A stretch of DNA of 64,000 nt from Candidatus Latescibacterota bacterium (GCA_963662665.2 CAXXJS010000019.1:1-64000); one strand, 5' to 3'. Shown: positions 1-10,629, counted from the first letter of the stretch. Numbers and translations: made by a program. Notes: generated by a model from the letters alone, not told the origin.

Positions 1-3000
1 TCACACCCAGATCGAATGGCGCCAGCCAGAGGGTCGTATCGATGGCGTACCTCTTTTTATTGCCGTGTCCCTTGCCGAACAAATGGGCTCCGTCCGTATA
101 AAAGGCTCCCATCGCTTCGCCACTGTGGGATTGGAAGTAATCGGCGAGAAACACGCTTAGTCCGATTACCTCGGCGCCGCCGACCGTGAATGGAAATTCA
201 AACCGCCAGTCGTCGCCGTCCGGCTCCGGAAGTTTCCATCGGCGGGAAACGTCCGGTACGGCCATCAGAGAGGCCTGCCGGGCCGGATAGACGGTGGACA
301 GAATGACGACGGCCATGACCAGAGCGGACGAGGCGACGGCGGATCGGGCGGAATAGTTGAGCGTGACGCCGGAGAGCCAGTCCTGCCACAGGAGCAGTTT
401 GGCGACGCCCTGGCCCATCATGTAGCCGCTCACCGTGCCGAGGACGGCATAGACGCAGGCTTCCGCAATAAAAAGAAAAGCGACGTGGACGGGCGCCAGC
501 CCCACCGCGGAATAGACCCCGATTTCCCGAAATCGTTCGTACACGGATCCCATCATCGTATTCAGTACGATCAGCGAGGCGATGAGGATGGGGATGAAGA
601 GATTGCTCAATCCGCGACTCGACGTGTCGCCCAGCGAGCTGAAAACGGAGACGTTGATGCGCCCGTCCGCGCCCGGAAGGCCGGCAAACAGCACAACCGA
701 AAGCCTGGAAAGGAGTTCCTCGACGTAACCCTCCACGTTCGATCCGGAGTCAAAGCGCAGCGCAACCGATTGGAGTGGGCTGCCCACCTGTCGCAGGAAC
801 CTGTAGGGTACGATCATGATATCGTCAGGGTTGATGTGTTCGAAGGGCATTATTTCGACTTCAGGCTGTTCCAGGCCCTGTTTTTCCCGTGTTTCCTGAG
901 TGGTCATCTGTTCGATGGCTTCCTCGTCGGTAAGCTTGAAATCAGCGGGACTGAGGGGTTCCTCATCCAGGTCCTTGAGCTCGCTGAATGCCGCGGCGTC
1001 GATCAGGCCGATCACCGGCAGCGATTCGCCGAATACACGGACGCGCGACGCCTCGAGGCGGCCCGGGTCCACTGCGAGGAGTTCTGCAATCTTTTCGGGG
1101 AGGATACAGGCGGATTCGCCCGGCCGGAACCACCTGCCGGCCTTCAGTGTTTTGTGGACGCCGGTGACGTCCGCCTCCTGGGGCGTCATACCCAGGACGC
1201 CGAGCACGTGCGTCGAGCGGGCTTCGGACTCAACGGGGATGATCTTCTTCTCACGCGTGTAGTACCAGCTCCGGGGGGCCGTTACGGCGGATTCACCGAA
1301 GTGGGTGACGGCGTAGTCGTAGACGACGTCTTCGAGCGGACCCCAGAATTTGCTGCGGATGAGCATTCCCGGATATGGACCCTCCGTGCCTTTGGGAATC
1401 CGGTGGAATTCGAGAGCCGTTTTGATGGACGTGAACGAGAGAACTGTAAAAGTGAGGAGGAGGAGCGTGGTGAACGTAAGCACCGTGCGCAGTTTTCGGC
1501 GTTTCATATTTGCAATGCCGAGTTGAAAGGCGGCCAGGGAGGCGGAGACTCGACCCACGTCGGTCTCATGCAGGAGCACTTCCGGCACCCGTAACCGGCG
1601 CATGGTTTCGTTGAATCGGGTAAAGACAAGAGAAATCACAAACGCCGCAAGCGCCAGAATGATAAAAGCGAGCAGCACCACAAGGGGATTGGAGATCTCG
1701 AACGCCGGATGCACGTTCGAAAGGAAAAGCCAGATGAGCACAAAAATCCCTGTGAATCCAACGATCTGTCTCCGGATATCCACGGCGGTAAAGATGAGGC
1801 GTTCGGTGAAAAACGCGCACGGGATGACCAGTACCATGAAGAAAACGACGCCGCGCACCACGTCGTTCTGAGTGTCTTTTACGTCCGGATAGGCGCGCGA
1901 TTCGATGCCGAGAGCCGCGCGGGTATGTTTCATGAAAACGTCCCAGCGTTTTTCGGACATCGCTGCTTCGGCCCTGTCCAGGTGGTTGCGGGTCTGGCTG
2001 TGCAGCTGGTTCAGGCGCTGGTTTTCGATGGCGTATTTCTGCATCTCCCGTTTCCGGGCTTCGTTCAGGATCCACATATCCCGTGCCGCCAGAAACGACG
2101 TGCGCGCAAACGACCCGTGGGTCAGCGTGGGGTAACCCGTGCCCCTGGCGATTTCTTCGCTCTCGGCGCTGGTCGCATTCAGCAGCAGGAACCGGACGCC
2201 AATGTCGCCCGAGCCCGCGGCGACGCCTCCGGCGCGCATGGCAATTTTGACCCTCTCTCCCGGGCGCGTGAACAGCGTGCCCACGGGTTCCGTCGGGCCG
2301 AACCCGATAGCATACCCGTATTCCTGCGGCGTGATATTGCCGCTTCCGTAGACGCTGATCTGAGAGAGTTTGGTAAGATAACGTGGATCCACGGTATCGT
2401 AAAAATCGGTGGCGATGCATGGGAACAGGATGATGTTTCGTTTCGAGATCCACCAGTCCATGTCAAAATCGCCGCGGTAGATGCGCGCCTGCTGCCCGTA
2501 GTTAGGCGCGTAGGTAATTTCGCCGGTTTCCGGGTCCTGAAAGTAGGCGCTGACGGAGACGCGGCGTTCGGCAATTCCGGGCATGTAGAATTCACCGTTT
2601 TCGTCGGCCAGGTCGTAATAGATGCGCCGCACGCCCTTGATCGACTTGTCGATGCCCATCCGGAGCGCGGCGATGGCGCCGGCCTTGGGCCGGTCGGGTA
2701 CGATGCTGCGCCTTGGAAAGGTCCGAACGAACCCCTTCAAGCCGCGCATACGGTCGTCCGGATTGAGTCGATAGTCAGGAATGAGCGTGGGGTCGTTCAG
2801 GGAAATGTCCAGTACACCCGTAATCAGCCGGACCTGTTTTGCGAGATTTTCCAAGTTTACCGCTTCCGGCCGGTCCAGGGGCGTATCGACACGGAAGCGG
2901 GCATCGTTCAGCGTGACCAGGGACAGGGCGAGCGTGCCCGCTTCAAGAACGACCTCGCCGTCGGTCTTCAGGTTCGCGCCGGGGATGAACATATCCCAGG

Positions 3001-4294
3001 TCATTCCGCCCGTGGGATTGATGCCGTCAAGCAGCGCCTGATCGGGGTCCAGGCCGAAAGCGGGTGCGATCGCTTGCGAGATGCGAACGAATTTCTTGCC
3101 GAACGGTGTGAAGAACCGGTTGTAGTAGAAGTTGCGCGTGCTGTTCCAGACGCCAATTTGAGAAGTCTGGCTAGACAGGTCCAGGCCGATGAAGAGCCGG
3201 ATGTCGATGGGGTCGGTCATCAGGGCCGCGAAGTGCCTTTCCTTTCTGGCGTGGCGGCCCAGAAAATCGCAGATGCCGCGAAAGCCCAGATGGTGGGCCG
3301 AAGTGGCAAGAAAGAGTACCGTGCGCCGTGGCGGATATCGCTTGAAGTAATTGACCAGTTCCAGCAGAGCGACGGCGCCGCTGGCCATCTCGGCGCCGGG
3401 GGCCAGTGCCGGGACGACGGACATGGCGTCGTAGTACGCGTTGATCACGACGATCTGTTCCTTGAGGTCCGGGTCCGTGCCGGGAAGGAATCCCAGGATA
3501 TTGTGTGCGGTGTGTTTCTCCCACTCCATTCTCGCCTTCAGTACGATATCCAGTTCGCCGCGTCGTTCAAGAAGTGTCTTTAGAGCCTGCCCCGAACTCT
3601 TGTCGATCCAGAATCGTTCCACGCTGTTGGGCACCTGCAGGAATTTCTGTTCGGCTTCGGTGTAGAAAGTTGAATCCGGTTCAATGAAGATGATCTGCCC
3701 CGCCCCCAGGGTGGCCGCGTTCAGCCAGTGGTTCCGGGTGTTGAATTCCATAAGAACGGCCGCACCTTCGAGCGCATGACCGTTGAAGTCGGCAAATTCT
3801 CCGGTGGCGCCGTAAATCAATCGCGTGCGAACGCCCGCTCGCGGCAGGGTGGAGGTCTTAACCAGGTTCGGCCAGATCGCGTGGATGGGAAACGTGACGT
3901 TTTCGCCCGGGAGGATCAGGCTGCCGCCCTTGTCGACGGGGGAGGTTACGTCGAACGGCTCGGCGCGGACGTCCTGGAGACCGGCGCTCTGGAAACTGCG
4001 CCGGATGTGTTCCGCGGCAGCGGCGTGTCCGGGGTATCCGGGAACTCTGGATCGGTGCTCCGTAAAACGGGCAAGGTGCGCCCGTACGCTTGCGTCCGAC
4101 ACGGTATCGAGTACACGAACGGAAGTAGCGTTTGCTTCCGGAACGGACGCGGGCGGCGGGGATTCAGGCGCCCGCAGGCCCAGAAGGGCGGCAAGGTAGG
4201 GGTTGACGCGTTCCGGTCCCACCACCAGCCCGGTGAAGGCCGCGGCGGCGAAGATGAGCGTCAGTGCCAGTCCGATGCGTCGGTTGTTTTTCAT
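1..4294 (-). CDS. Very large FtsX-like ABC permease with N-terminal M28-peptidase-like/PA domain (3' end runs off the window)
   Basis: Missing from the ORF track because there is no stop in the window. Hand-translated segments from ATG 4294, in frame at both ends: MKNNRRIGLALTLIFAAAAF..., SRVPGYPGH, IVVINAYYDAMSVVPALAPGAEMASG, FLATSAHHLG, then MKRRKLRTVLTFTTLLLLTF and VLNTMMGSVYERFREIGVYSAVGLAP (FtsX), ...TLWLAPFDLGV at the window edge. Confidence 0.85.
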   Translation of the reverse strand, partial: MKNNRRIGLALTLIFAAAAFTGLVVGPERVNPYLAALLGLRAPESPPPASVPEANATSVRVLDTVSDASVRAHLARFTEHRSRVPGYPGHAAAAEHIRRSFQSAGLQDVRAEPFDVTSPVDKGGSLILPGENVTFPIHAIWPNLVKTSTLPRAGVRTRLIYGATGEFADFNGHALEGAAVLMEFNTRNHWLNAATLGAGQIIFIEPDSTFYTEAEQKFLQVPNSVERFWIDKSSGQALKTLLERRGELDIVLKARMEWEKHTAHNILGFLPGTDPDLKEQIVVINAYYDAMSVVPALAPGAEMASGAVALLELVNYFKRYPPRRTVLFLATSAHHLGFRGICDFLGRHARKERHFAALMTDPIDIRLFIGLDLSSQTSQIGVWNSTRNFYYNRFFTPFGKKFVRISQAIAPAFGLDPDQALLDGINPTGGMTWDMFIPGANLKTDGEVVLEAGTLALSLVTLNDARFRVDTPLDRPEAVNLENLAKQVRLITGVLDISLNDPTLIPDYRLNPDDRMRGLKGFVRTFPRRSIVPDRPKAGAIAALRMGIDKSIKGVRRIYYDLADENGEFYMPGIAERRVSVSAYFQDPETGEITYAPNYGQQARIYRGDFDMDWWISKRNIILFPCIATDFYDTVDPRYLTKLSQISVYGSGNITPQEYGYAIGFGPTEPVGTLFTRPGERVKIAMRAGGVAAGSGDIGVRFLLLNATSAESEEIARGTGYPTLTHGSFARTSFLAARDMWILNEARKREMQKYAIENQRLNQLHSQTRNHLDRAEAAMSEKRWDVFMKHTRAALGIESRAYPDVKDTQNDVVRGVVFFMVLVIPCAFFTERLIFTAVDIRRQIVGFTGIFVLIWLFLSNVHPAFEISNPLVVLLAFIILALAAFVISLVFTRFNETMRRLRVPEVLLHETDVGRVSASLAAFQLGIANMKRRKLRTVLTFTTLLLLTFTVLSFTSIKTALEFHRIPKGTEGPYPGMLIRSKFWGPLEDVVYDYAVTHFGESAVTAPRSWYYTREKKIIPVESEARSTHVLGVLGMTPQEADVTGVHKTLKAGRWFRPGESACILPEKIAELLAVDPGRLEASRVRVFGESLPVIGLIDAAAFSELKDLDEEPLSPADFKLTDEEAIEQMTTQETREKQGLEQPEVEIMPFEHINPDDIMIVPYRFLRQVGSPLQSVALRFDSGSNVEGYVEELLSRLSVVLFAGLPGADGRINVSVFSSLGDTSSRGLSNLFIPILIASLIVLNTMMGSVYERFREIGVYSAVGLAPVHVAFLFIAEACVYAVLGTVSGYMMGQGVAKLLLWQDWLSGVTLNYSARSAVASSALVMAVVILSTVYPARQASLMAVPDVSRRWKLPEPDGDDWRFEFPFTVGGAEVIGLSVFLADYFQSHSGEAMGAFYTDGAHLFGKGHGNKKRYAIDTTLWLAPFDLGV

Positions 4295-4400
4295 TGAAAT
4301 ATCCGGAAGACGGTTCCGGCCGACCCGTGTTCTGTTGAGGGTGTTGGAGTTACGGTCCCGGCCGCGGAACGGACAGGGACCGGATCAGGACGCCTGCCGA

Positions 4401-6407
4401 TCAGAAGCGATGTACGCTGTGGCCGCGCTCCGGGAACCAGATGACGTCGATGAAGGCGGAGAGCGCGACTCCAAGCACGTAGCCGACGAGCAATCCGATG
4501 AACAGGGGGCGGGATTTCCTGTATACGGCAGGTCCGCCCGTTTTCAACATGACCAATTTGACAAGCCAGGCCAACAGTATCGTCAAGCTGGTCCGCCGGG
4601 CAAGGTACGATCCCGATATGGCCAATCCAACCGGATGCAGCGGCCACCAGACGAAGCGATGCCGGAGGAAGATCAGCAGAAGCGTGGCCAGGCCGCCCAG
4701 GCCGAAAAACACCACGTAGTCCGGATGTTCACGATAGACGGGAGGATCTGGCTTTTCCGCGAGAAAGTTCTTGACGGACGTCGCGGTTCCTTCAAAATGT
4801 TTGGGCCCGGCCCGTACGATTTCCCAGGAGTTGAAATTGTAGGCGCCGTCCCGATACCCCAGTTGGATCGTGAGCAGCACGCTCGCGAAAAAACTGACCA
4901 AAAAGGCCAGTCCAACGGCATATATAAGACTTCGCCGGCCGCCCCGGATACCCTCCGCAATGCGTCCGGCGTGTGCAAGGGCCGGCAGGAATAGCCCTTT
5001 GAAGTGTGACGTGATTCTGGATGCAAACCGTAGAGCGACCCGCGTATTTTCGTTGACAGCCGATGACCCGAGGAAAGGCGCCACGAGGCCCCAGGGTCCG
5101 GCTGGTACGTTCGTGTACGGCATGCCGGTTTCGGAGAGAATCTTGGCCATGCCCACGTAGGTGACGATCACTGCCGGAAGGAGCAGGGCGGCCAGGAGCG
5201 GATCGAACCCGATGCGCACGAGCCAGAGCCACATGAAGCCAAGACCCGCGAACGCCGCGATGACTGCGGTCCGATAGGAGAGCGGTTCGTCCTTGTCGTC
5301 CAGAGGATCCTGCCCGCGCCAGGCGTTACGGAAAACGTCCCTGATGTGCCGTCTGGCAACCCAGAAAACCGACGCGGACAGCATGGCAAACGCGCCCTTC
5401 GTCTGCCAATAATAGACGCCCCGGTAATAGTACGGCGAAATGGCCGTAAACCCTTGCCGGTGCAGCCAGCCGCCTTCGAAGACGAATAACAGGTCGAAGA
5501 ACCAGATGCTGAACAGAACGTCAAGGCTGGCGAAATAGGAAAAGAAGATGGTGAACAGACCGACGAAAAAATAGCCTGGCGGATGCTGACGGTCGATCCA
5601 GAGCCACCTTCCGCGATAGACCGGAAACCGCGGAAAGCCGGGCAGGAAGTAATTGATGCAGTTCCATGCGATCATACCGAAGGCCAGCCCGAAGCCGATC
5701 CAGAACAGGTAATTCTTCGTGAAATCCGGAAGCGCGGACCTTCCACTGCCGGGTTCTTCCGCCATGTGAATCAGGGGCGCCATGGCCGGAAAGGCCAGTC
5801 GCTCGTTCTGCACCCATTGTCTGCGAAAAACGACGGCGACACAGGCCAGGACCACAAATGCCGCCGTGATGAACGTCGCCCACCAGAGGAGGGGAAGCAG
5901 CCATGCGTCCCAGGGGATCTGCGCGCCCCTGGGAGCGCCCTCGAAGAACCAGGTGACCGCATTGCTTTCGTCCGAGGGTATGAGCCACGGACTGATGTAC
6001 GGATGCAGGTAGATGTTCCATTCGTTGACCTCGGTAGCAAAGTAGTACGGTGTGGCAATGTAACCGAGCAGATATCCGCTCAGACCGAAGCCGGGTACCG
6101 CGGCGCCGACAATGCCCATGGCCAGAATGGTGTGCCATTCCGCCGGTGAGAGCTTCCACCGGGTAAAACGTGCGATGAGCGCGCCGATGACGATCATCAG
6201 CGTAAACACGATGAGCATGGCCATGGGTACATGGCTGTAGGTCATCAGGGAGCCATGCACCACGTAACGGAGGTGGATCGCCAGGGCATCCAGACCGACG
6301 ACAAGAACCAGGCCCCATATGACGGACCGGACGGTAACGCCGCCGGCAGTCTTGTCGGAGGCAGCGTCTGTTTGAAGGGGTTCGGCTGTTCGTTCGATGC
6401 CGGTCAT
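4401..6407 (-). CDS. DUF6785/DUF6784-like polytopic membrane protein (OPT-like putative transporter)
   Basis: 668 aa, many TM segments; motifs RRQWVQNERLAFP, WWPLHPVGLA, YRKSRPLFIGLLVG. Confidence 0.75.
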   Translation of the reverse strand: MTGIERTAEPLQTDAASDKTAGGVTVRSVIWGLVLVVGLDALAIHLRYVVHGSLMTYSHVPMAMLIVFTLMIVIGALIARFTRWKLSPAEWHTILAMGIVGAAVPGFGLSGYLLGYIATPYYFATEVNEWNIYLHPYISPWLIPSDESNAVTWFFEGAPRGAQIPWDAWLLPLLWWATFITAAFVVLACVAVVFRRQWVQNERLAFPAMAPLIHMAEEPGSGRSALPDFTKNYLFWIGFGLAFGMIAWNCINYFLPGFPRFPVYRGRWLWIDRQHPPGYFFVGLFTIFFSYFASLDVLFSIWFFDLLFVFEGGWLHRQGFTAISPYYYRGVYYWQTKGAFAMLSASVFWVARRHIRDVFRNAWRGQDPLDDKDEPLSYRTAVIAAFAGLGFMWLWLVRIGFDPLLAALLLPAVIVTYVGMAKILSETGMPYTNVPAGPWGLVAPFLGSSAVNENTRVALRFASRITSHFKGLFLPALAHAGRIAEGIRGGRRSLIYAVGLAFLVSFFASVLLTIQLGYRDGAYNFNSWEIVRAGPKHFEGTATSVKNFLAEKPDPPVYREHPDYVVFFGLGGLATLLLIFLRHRFVWWPLHPVGLAISGSYLARRTSLTILLAWLVKLVMLKTGGPAVYRKSRPLFIGLLVGYVLGVALSAFIDVIWFPERGHSVHRF

Positions 6408-6570
6408 TTTTTGCAGTTCGAATTCAGAGATCGGAAGAAATTTCCGGTTGTGTGGGAATCAAACCGGGTTTTCCACGTCGTTCTCCGCACAGGAGTCCCG
6501 TTTCAAGGCAGATTCACCCTGTGGCAGGAATTGTCAGGCCGCCTGCACGTCGAAAGCGGACGTAAGAGTC

Positions 6571-6599
6571 TTGACATCCACGGTAGGTTTTGTTAGATT
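6571..6599 (+). promoter_or_regulatory. sigma70-type promoter for tRNA-Phe
   Basis: TTGACA-17 bp-TAGATT. Confidence 0.7.
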
Positions 6600-6648
6600 T
6601 CCGCGCTTGTCGCGCAACGGATATGTTGCGTTTTTCCATGGGTATGGA

Positions 6649-6724
<76 letters not shown>

Positions 6725-6850
6725 CTTTCTCCTGCATGAATTTCCGGCCGGCCTTCCATTTTTCAGGGCAATCAGGCTCCAGGGAGGCTCCGGCCATAGG
6801 GGCCGCCGGTAGATCCGAGGGGCAAGTCGGTTTCCGCGGACCGGAGGACG

Positions 6851-7033
6851 ATGATGGCCGTACCCGAACACATCGTGAGCCGCGACCGCCTGATCGAGCT
6901 GGTTCGAGATGGCCGAACGCCGCTTGAGATTGCCGAATTGTTCCGCGTCGACGTCGCCGTCATTCGCGATATGATCCGGCGATTGGAGCAGAACGGATAT
7001 TACGACTTGCTTTATGAAAAGAAAAGAAAATAG
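6851..7033 (+). CDS. Small putative HTH protein (60 aa)
   Basis: GGAGGA RBS; GRTPLEIAELFRVDVAVIRDMIRRLEQ resembles an HTH. Confidence 0.6.
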   Translation: MMAVPEHIVSRDRLIELVRDGRTPLEIAELFRVDVAVIRDMIRRLEQNGYYDLLYEKKRK

Positions 7034-7110
7034 CAACCTGCCGTCACCCGGGTAGACCGGAAGACTCCCGAAATCGCGGCTGGAGGCGCAGCCATAATGA
7101 ACGGGATATA

Positions 7111-7147
7111 GGAATAGGCGTTCGTCTTTCCGACGGACGCCTATTCT
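7111..7147. terminator. Hairpin between convergent genes
   Basis: GGAATAGGCGTTCGTC-tttcc-GACGGACGCCTATTCT inverted repeat. Confidence 0.6.
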
Positions 7148-7168
7148 TGTGGTATTTCCTGCCAGGTA

Positions 7169-7957
7169 TCAGTTGCTCAGTTCTTCGATATCCAGCCCTT
7201 CGATCCGTCCTTCCTGAATGTCGATTTCGTCCCGCCTCCGCACCAGTTCCACCTGCCCGTCGCGCAGGTCCACAACGCGGTCGGACGCGACCAGCATCTT
7301 GTGGTCGTGTGTGTTTGTGACGATGGTGACGCCGCTTTCAGACTGCAGCCGTTGCAGCAACTCGATGATTTCCTGGCCGGTCTTGAGGTCCAGGTTGCCC
7401 GTGGGTTCGTCCGCCAGAACCAGGTCGGGGTCGTTGGCGATGGCGCGTGCGATGGCCACCCGCTGCTGCTGGCCTCCCGAGAGTTCGTACGGATTGTGGT
7501 GAAGGCGCTCGCCAAGTCCGACCATTGTGAGTTTGTGAGCGGCTTTGTCTTCGTATTCCGACTTCTTCATTCCCGAAAAAACCATTGGCAGCGCGACGTT
7601 ATCCAGGGCGGTCATCACGGGTATAAGGTTGAAGCTCTGGAAGATATAACCGATATTGTGGCACCGCAGGTAGGCGATCTGCGCCTGGCTCAGCGTGCCC
7701 ATTTCAATCGCGTTGACCACGACCGTGCCTTTGGAGGGGCGATCCAGTGCGCCAACCATGTTGAACAACGTCGTCTTTCCGGAGCCGGAAGGGCCCATAA
7801 TGGAGAGGTATTCGCCCCGGATGACGTTCAGGGAGACGCCGCGCAGCGCATGGACTTCCTGGTCTCCCATTGCATAGGTTTTCCAGACTTCATGCACCTC
7901 GATGATATGATCTTCGCTTTCGGGATCCGCGGGTCCGGCATTGGGCTCCAACGCCAT
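7169..7957 (-). CDS. ABC transporter ATP-binding protein, LolD/MacB-type
   Basis: GPSGSGKTT Walker A, LSGGQQQRVAIARA signature, LADEPTGNLD Walker B, THD switch; AGGAGA RBS. Confidence 0.93.
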   Translation of the reverse strand: MALEPNAGPADPESEDHIIEVHEVWKTYAMGDQEVHALRGVSLNVIRGEYLSIMGPSGSGKTTLFNMVGALDRPSKGTVVVNAIEMGTLSQAQIAYLRCHNIGYIFQSFNLIPVMTALDNVALPMVFSGMKKSEYEDKAAHKLTMVGLGERLHHNPYELSGGQQQRVAIARAIANDPDLVLADEPTGNLDLKTGQEIIELLQRLQSESGVTIVTNTHDHKMLVASDRVVDLRDGQVELVRRRDEIDIQEGRIEGLDIEELSN

Positions 7958-8005
7958 AGTGGCTTCTCCTGAACGTTTTTCTTGGAATTTGAAGATAGCC
8001 CGCTT

Positions 8006-8034
8006 ATGTTAGAGAAAACAGGGGCTTCTGTCAA
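8006..8034 (-). promoter_or_regulatory. sigma70-type promoter for the ABC ATPase
   Basis: Minus strand TTGACA-17 bp-TAACAT. Confidence 0.6.
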
Positions 8035-8265
8035 GGTTTTTGTAAGACCCCGGCCTATGTGGTTTCCATCCGCGTCGCATATTGACGGTTTGCATTCTTT
8101 AGATGCGCGTACGGATCGGTTGTCCGATCCTGCACTGACGTTAGCGGCATTCGACGGGAGAAGCGTTTCGCCCGTTTGCGGGGCCGGTAACGACAGATTG
8201 CAGTGTGAGGTCACGGCGGCCGTTTTTGGCCGGAAATACCGGGCGAACGCCAGGAGGTATCGGCT

Positions 8266-9093
8266 ATGAAGTTTGCGGTCTGCAATGAGTTCTTCGAAGG
8301 CTGGGAGATCGAGCGGGTGTTCGATTATGCCGCGTCGATCGGATGTGACGGTGTGGAAATAGCGCCGTTCACCCTGGCGGAGTCGGTCCACGACATTGAT
8401 TCCGGCCGGAGGCTGGACGTTCGCAGGGCTGCGGAAGCGGCTGGCGTGGAGATTGTCGGGCTGCACTGGTTGCTCGTAAAACCCTCGGGTTTGTACATAA
8501 ACCATCCGGACCGTCAGGTCTGGCAACGCACTCAGGACTACGTAAAGGAACTGATTGATTTCTGCGGCGACCTCGGGGGAAGCGTGATGATTCACGGCTC
8601 GCCGCAACAGCGGAATATTCAGGAAGGATGGGACGCAGGCGACTGTTTTGCCAGGGCGGCTGAATTGTTTTCAGGATGCGTGGACCTGATGGCTGATCGG
8701 GGGGTAACGTACTGCATAGAGCCGCTCACCGGCCAGGAGACCAATTTCGTGACCAATGTGGCCGAAGCCCTGAAGCTGGTTGAGGCGGTGGGCCATCCGA
8801 ATTTCCAGACGATGGTGGACTGCAGGGCCGCGGCCACGGAGCTGAAATCGCATCCCGAGATAATCGCCCTGGCAGGAGAGGCCATGCGCCACGTGCACGT
8901 AAACGATCCGAATCTGCGCGGGCCCGGATTTGGTGAGCTTCAATTTGCGCCTATCCTCAAGACGCTTCAGCATCTGCGTTACAACGGATATGTATCGGTG
9001 GAAGTGTTCGATTTCGAGCCTGATCCGGAGACGATCGCGTCACGAAGTATAGGTTACCTGAAGGGCATTCTGGAGGGCCTTGCCTCGGGCTGA
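8266..9093 (+). CDS. Sugar phosphate isomerase/epimerase (AP endonuclease 2 TIM barrel, psicose/tagatose epimerase-like)
   Basis: IEPL, MVD, HVHVND, GYVSVEVF metal motifs; AGGAGG RBS. Confidence 0.85.
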   Translation: MKFAVCNEFFEGWEIERVFDYAASIGCDGVEIAPFTLAESVHDIDSGRRLDVRRAAEAAGVEIVGLHWLLVKPSGLYINHPDRQVWQRTQDYVKELIDFCGDLGGSVMIHGSPQQRNIQEGWDAGDCFARAAELFSGCVDLMADRGVTYCIEPLTGQETNFVTNVAEALKLVEAVGHPNFQTMVDCRAAATELKSHPEIIALAGEAMRHVHVNDPNLRGPGFGELQFAPILKTLQHLRYNGYVSVEVFDFEPDPETIASRSIGYLKGILEGLASG

Positions 9094-9109
9094 GGCGCCG
9101 GGTGCGGGA

Positions 9110-10537
9110 TCAGAATTCGCCCGTTTCGTCTTTCACAATCGGGGTGAGGCGCAGTACGGTTCCGGGGTTGTTCAGCACGACGTAGATGGCCCCGTCCGGC
9201 CCGCTCGCCACGTCGCGCACGCGGCCGGCATTCTTGAGGATGGTTTCCTGGTAGATCACCCGCTCGTTTTCAACCGTGAGGAGTCGGACCTCCTCAAACG
9301 CGAGGGCGCCAACGAGCAGACGGTTCTTCCACCTCGGGAAGAGGTCGCCGCGATAGAAATCGATACCGCACACGGCGATGGAGGGCCGCCAGAACAGAAC
9401 CGGTTGTTCCAGGCCGGGTTTGCGCTCGAATGCCGAGACGGGCGTCCCGTTGTAGTTTCGGCCATAGGTGATTACCGGCCAGCCGTAGTTTTTCCCCGCC
9501 CGGATGAGGTTGATTTCATCGCCCCCCATGGGTCCGTGCTCGCTTTCCCATAAAGTCCCGGTAACCGGATGAACCGCCAGGCCCTGCGGGTTGCGCTGGC
9601 CAAAGCTGAATACCGTGGCGAGGGCCCCTTTCCGCGCCAGGAAAGGGTTGTCATGGGGAACCCGGCCGTCGCGGTGGATGCGGTGTATTTTGCCGGCCGG
9701 CCGGCTCAGGTCCTGCGCGTGCCGGGGAATCCCGCGGTCTCCCACCGGGAAGTAGAGATAGCCCGCCGGATCGAAAACGATGCGGCACCCGTAGTGGTAC
9801 CGGGTCGTGCCGTAGGTCCCGTGCGGGGCCTCGTAGATGACCTGCTGATCGGTCCAGGCGTTGTTTTTCAGGCGGCCCCGTACTAGGCGGGTCATGGCGG
9901 GAGGACGGTTGCTGTTCGCGGTATCCTTCAACGCATGGCTGTATGACAGGTAGATCCAGCCGTTTTTCGAATAGGCCGGATCGACTGCCACGTCCAAAAG
10001 CCCGCCCTGTCCCTGGTGCAGGACCTCCGGCGTATCCGACGCCGGATCGGGCAGAAGCACGCCGTTCCTCACCACGCGAAGCCGTCCCGGACGCTCGGTG
10101 ATGAGTGCGGTGGCGGCGTCCGGGAAGTCTATCGACCACGGAATCCGCAAGCCTTCCACCCAGCGTTCAACACGGATCCGATAGTCGTACGTGTCGAGGC
10201 TGTCCGGAATGGGTGGTTTGGTGGCGCCGGCGGATTTTTCGGCCTCCCGGATATATGCCGAGATTGCGTTGATCTGCCCGCGCGTGAGCACCTCTCCGAA
10301 CGCCGGCATTCCCTGCTGGACGATGCCGAATATGATGTTTCGAGCGATGTTCCCGCGTCCTCCGTAGATCCAGACGCCGTCGATCAGACTCGGCGCGCTG
10401 ATGCCCTGCAGGTTCTGCCCGTGGCAGGCCGCGCAATACTGTTCATATAGGGGCTGGCCGTCTGAGGACGGTTGACCGCCCGCAATCGGGGGGTTGCAGA
10501 GGGCGCACAGCAGGAAGAAGCCTGACACAAGTCGCAT
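9110..10537 (-). CDS. PQQ-dependent sugar dehydrogenase (GSDH) with N-terminal cytochrome c
   Basis: Signal peptide, CAACH heme motif, GQGGLLDVAVDP, RNPQGL, EHGPMGGDEIN, NYGWP, GRVRDV. Confidence 0.9.
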   Translation of the reverse strand: MRLVSGFFLLCALCNPPIAGGQPSSDGQPLYEQYCAACHGQNLQGISAPSLIDGVWIYGGRGNIARNIIFGIVQQGMPAFGEVLTRGQINAISAYIREAEKSAGATKPPIPDSLDTYDYRIRVERWVEGLRIPWSIDFPDAATALITERPGRLRVVRNGVLLPDPASDTPEVLHQGQGGLLDVAVDPAYSKNGWIYLSYSHALKDTANSNRPPAMTRLVRGRLKNNAWTDQQVIYEAPHGTYGTTRYHYGCRIVFDPAGYLYFPVGDRGIPRHAQDLSRPAGKIHRIHRDGRVPHDNPFLARKGALATVFSFGQRNPQGLAVHPVTGTLWESEHGPMGGDEINLIRAGKNYGWPVITYGRNYNGTPVSAFERKPGLEQPVLFWRPSIAVCGIDFYRGDLFPRWKNRLLVGALAFEEVRLLTVENERVIYQETILKNAGRVRDVASGPDGAIYVVLNNPGTVLRLTPIVKDETGEF

Positions 10538-10629
10538 GAATTCTCCTTTGAAACCGTGGAAACGGCCCGTTGAAACATCCTCGTTCCATCACCCCCGTGT
10601 AACGGGCCCTACAGAAATCCGAGGAATCC

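Noticed and set aside
485-4297. Long plus-strand ORFs (485-1594, 1709-3583, 3728-4297)
   Set aside because: Antisense shadows of the giant minus-strand permease; no recognisable motifs.
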